From contig JANTFQ010000001.1 in NCBI GenBank assembly GCA_024763405.1, positions 1-27,407 of the forward strand: a DNA stretch of 27,407 nt. The letters run 5' to 3'. Position numbers and translations under genes: made by a program. Origin of the DNA: Calditrichaceae bacterium (GTDB lineage Bacteria > Calditrichota > Calditrichia > Calditrichales > Calditrichaceae). Of this stretch, positions 27,116 through 27,407 are shown piece after piece. The number at the start of each line of letters is the position of its first letter. Position 1 is the stretch's first letter. The notes under the pieces were generated by a model. The model was not told the DNA's origin. It ran no database searches and saw nothing but the letters and a program-made list of their open reading frames with translations.

Positions 27116-27120
27116 TCCTT
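27116..27120 (-). promoter_or_regulatory. Putative Shine-Dalgarno (AAGGA) for NRPS B
   Basis: AAGGA lies 9 nt upstream of ATG 27106. An in-frame TGA just upstream makes this the only start. Confidence 0.6.
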
Positions 27121-27146
27121 GCGATTAAAAATAAATTTTGAAATTC

Positions 27147-27407
27147 CTATTCATCATTTAGCAGTTTTTCGAGTTCTTCATCGGATAAATCTTCGATTTC
27201 GGACAGCATCGATTCCAGTTCGTCACTATCCTGGTATTCGGCCTGGGCCTCTGTAATGGAAAGGGCAATTCCTTCCACGGTTGGTTTTTCAAATAAGGTG
27301 CGCAGCGAAATTTCCACATCAAACTCTTCGCGAATACGTGAGACTACCTGTGTGGCCATCATCGAATGACCGCCCAAATCAAAGAAACTGTCCTTAACGC
27401 CGGCCTT
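27147..27407 (-). CDS. NRPS (or hybrid PKS/NRPS) A, C-terminal fragment only: T domain + acidic docking helix
   Basis: Frame is open to the window edge: KAGVKDSFFDLGGHSMMATQVVSRIREEF...LSEIEDLSDEELEKLLNDE*. The ORF-track TTG start at 27377 is internal. Confidence 0.93.
   Translation of the reverse strand, partial: KAGVKDSFFDLGGHSMMATQVVSRIREEFDVEISLRTLFEKPTVEGIALSITEAQAEYQDSDELESMLSEIEDLSDEELEKLLNDE

Noticed and set aside
26904-27116. 70-aa minus-strand ORF starting just upstream of NRPS B, a possible leader or precursor peptide
   Set aside because: It overlaps B out of frame, its ATGs sit inside or 2 nt from the AAGGA site, and that site is well spaced for the B start. No leader or core features.
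27107-27146. AT-rich 40-bp spacer between A and B as an internal promoter or terminator
   Set aside because: No convincing hairpin with U-tract and no well-spaced -35/-10 pair.
1-27407. Assigning a host taxon (mid-40s GC; a Calditrichota-like organism came to mind) or gene symbols
   Set aside because: No marker genes are present, and NRPS genes move horizontally. This cannot be supported without a database search.

Overview
The whole window is the interior of a large non-ribosomal peptide synthetase (NRPS) operon on the minus strand. Five co-directional, tightly packed NRPS genes run right to left. A (27147->27407) is only a C-terminal T domain plus docking tail. B (18188-27106, 2972 aa) is C-A-T-ST-C-A-T-E. 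C (10243-18186, 2647 aa) is C-A-T-C-A-T-E. D (3700-10167, 2155 aa) is C-A-T-C-A-T. E (<1-3707, missing from the ORF track because it runs off the window) is C-A-T-C.... There is no starter module, thioesterase, tailoring, transport or regulatory gene in view. A-domain codes, read by manual alignment to GrsA, suggest Ile-like, Gln (then epimerised), Glu, unknown bulky residue (epimerised), unknown bulky residue, Phe, and an unknown, possibly acidic residue. Three things stand out. (1) A CurM/Ols-type sulfotransferase domain sits inside NRPS B between a T and an ordinary C domain, with no TE. (2) B and C look like parallel, interchangeable subunits: they have near-identical N-terminal docking helices and the same E+COM tail, and C starts with an LCL domain although it follows an E domain. 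This implies a branched or non-colinear line. (3) C keeps the same atypical T domain as B plus an over-long linker where B has the sulfotransferase. Domain coordinates are approximate and were placed from motifs by hand. No database search could be run.
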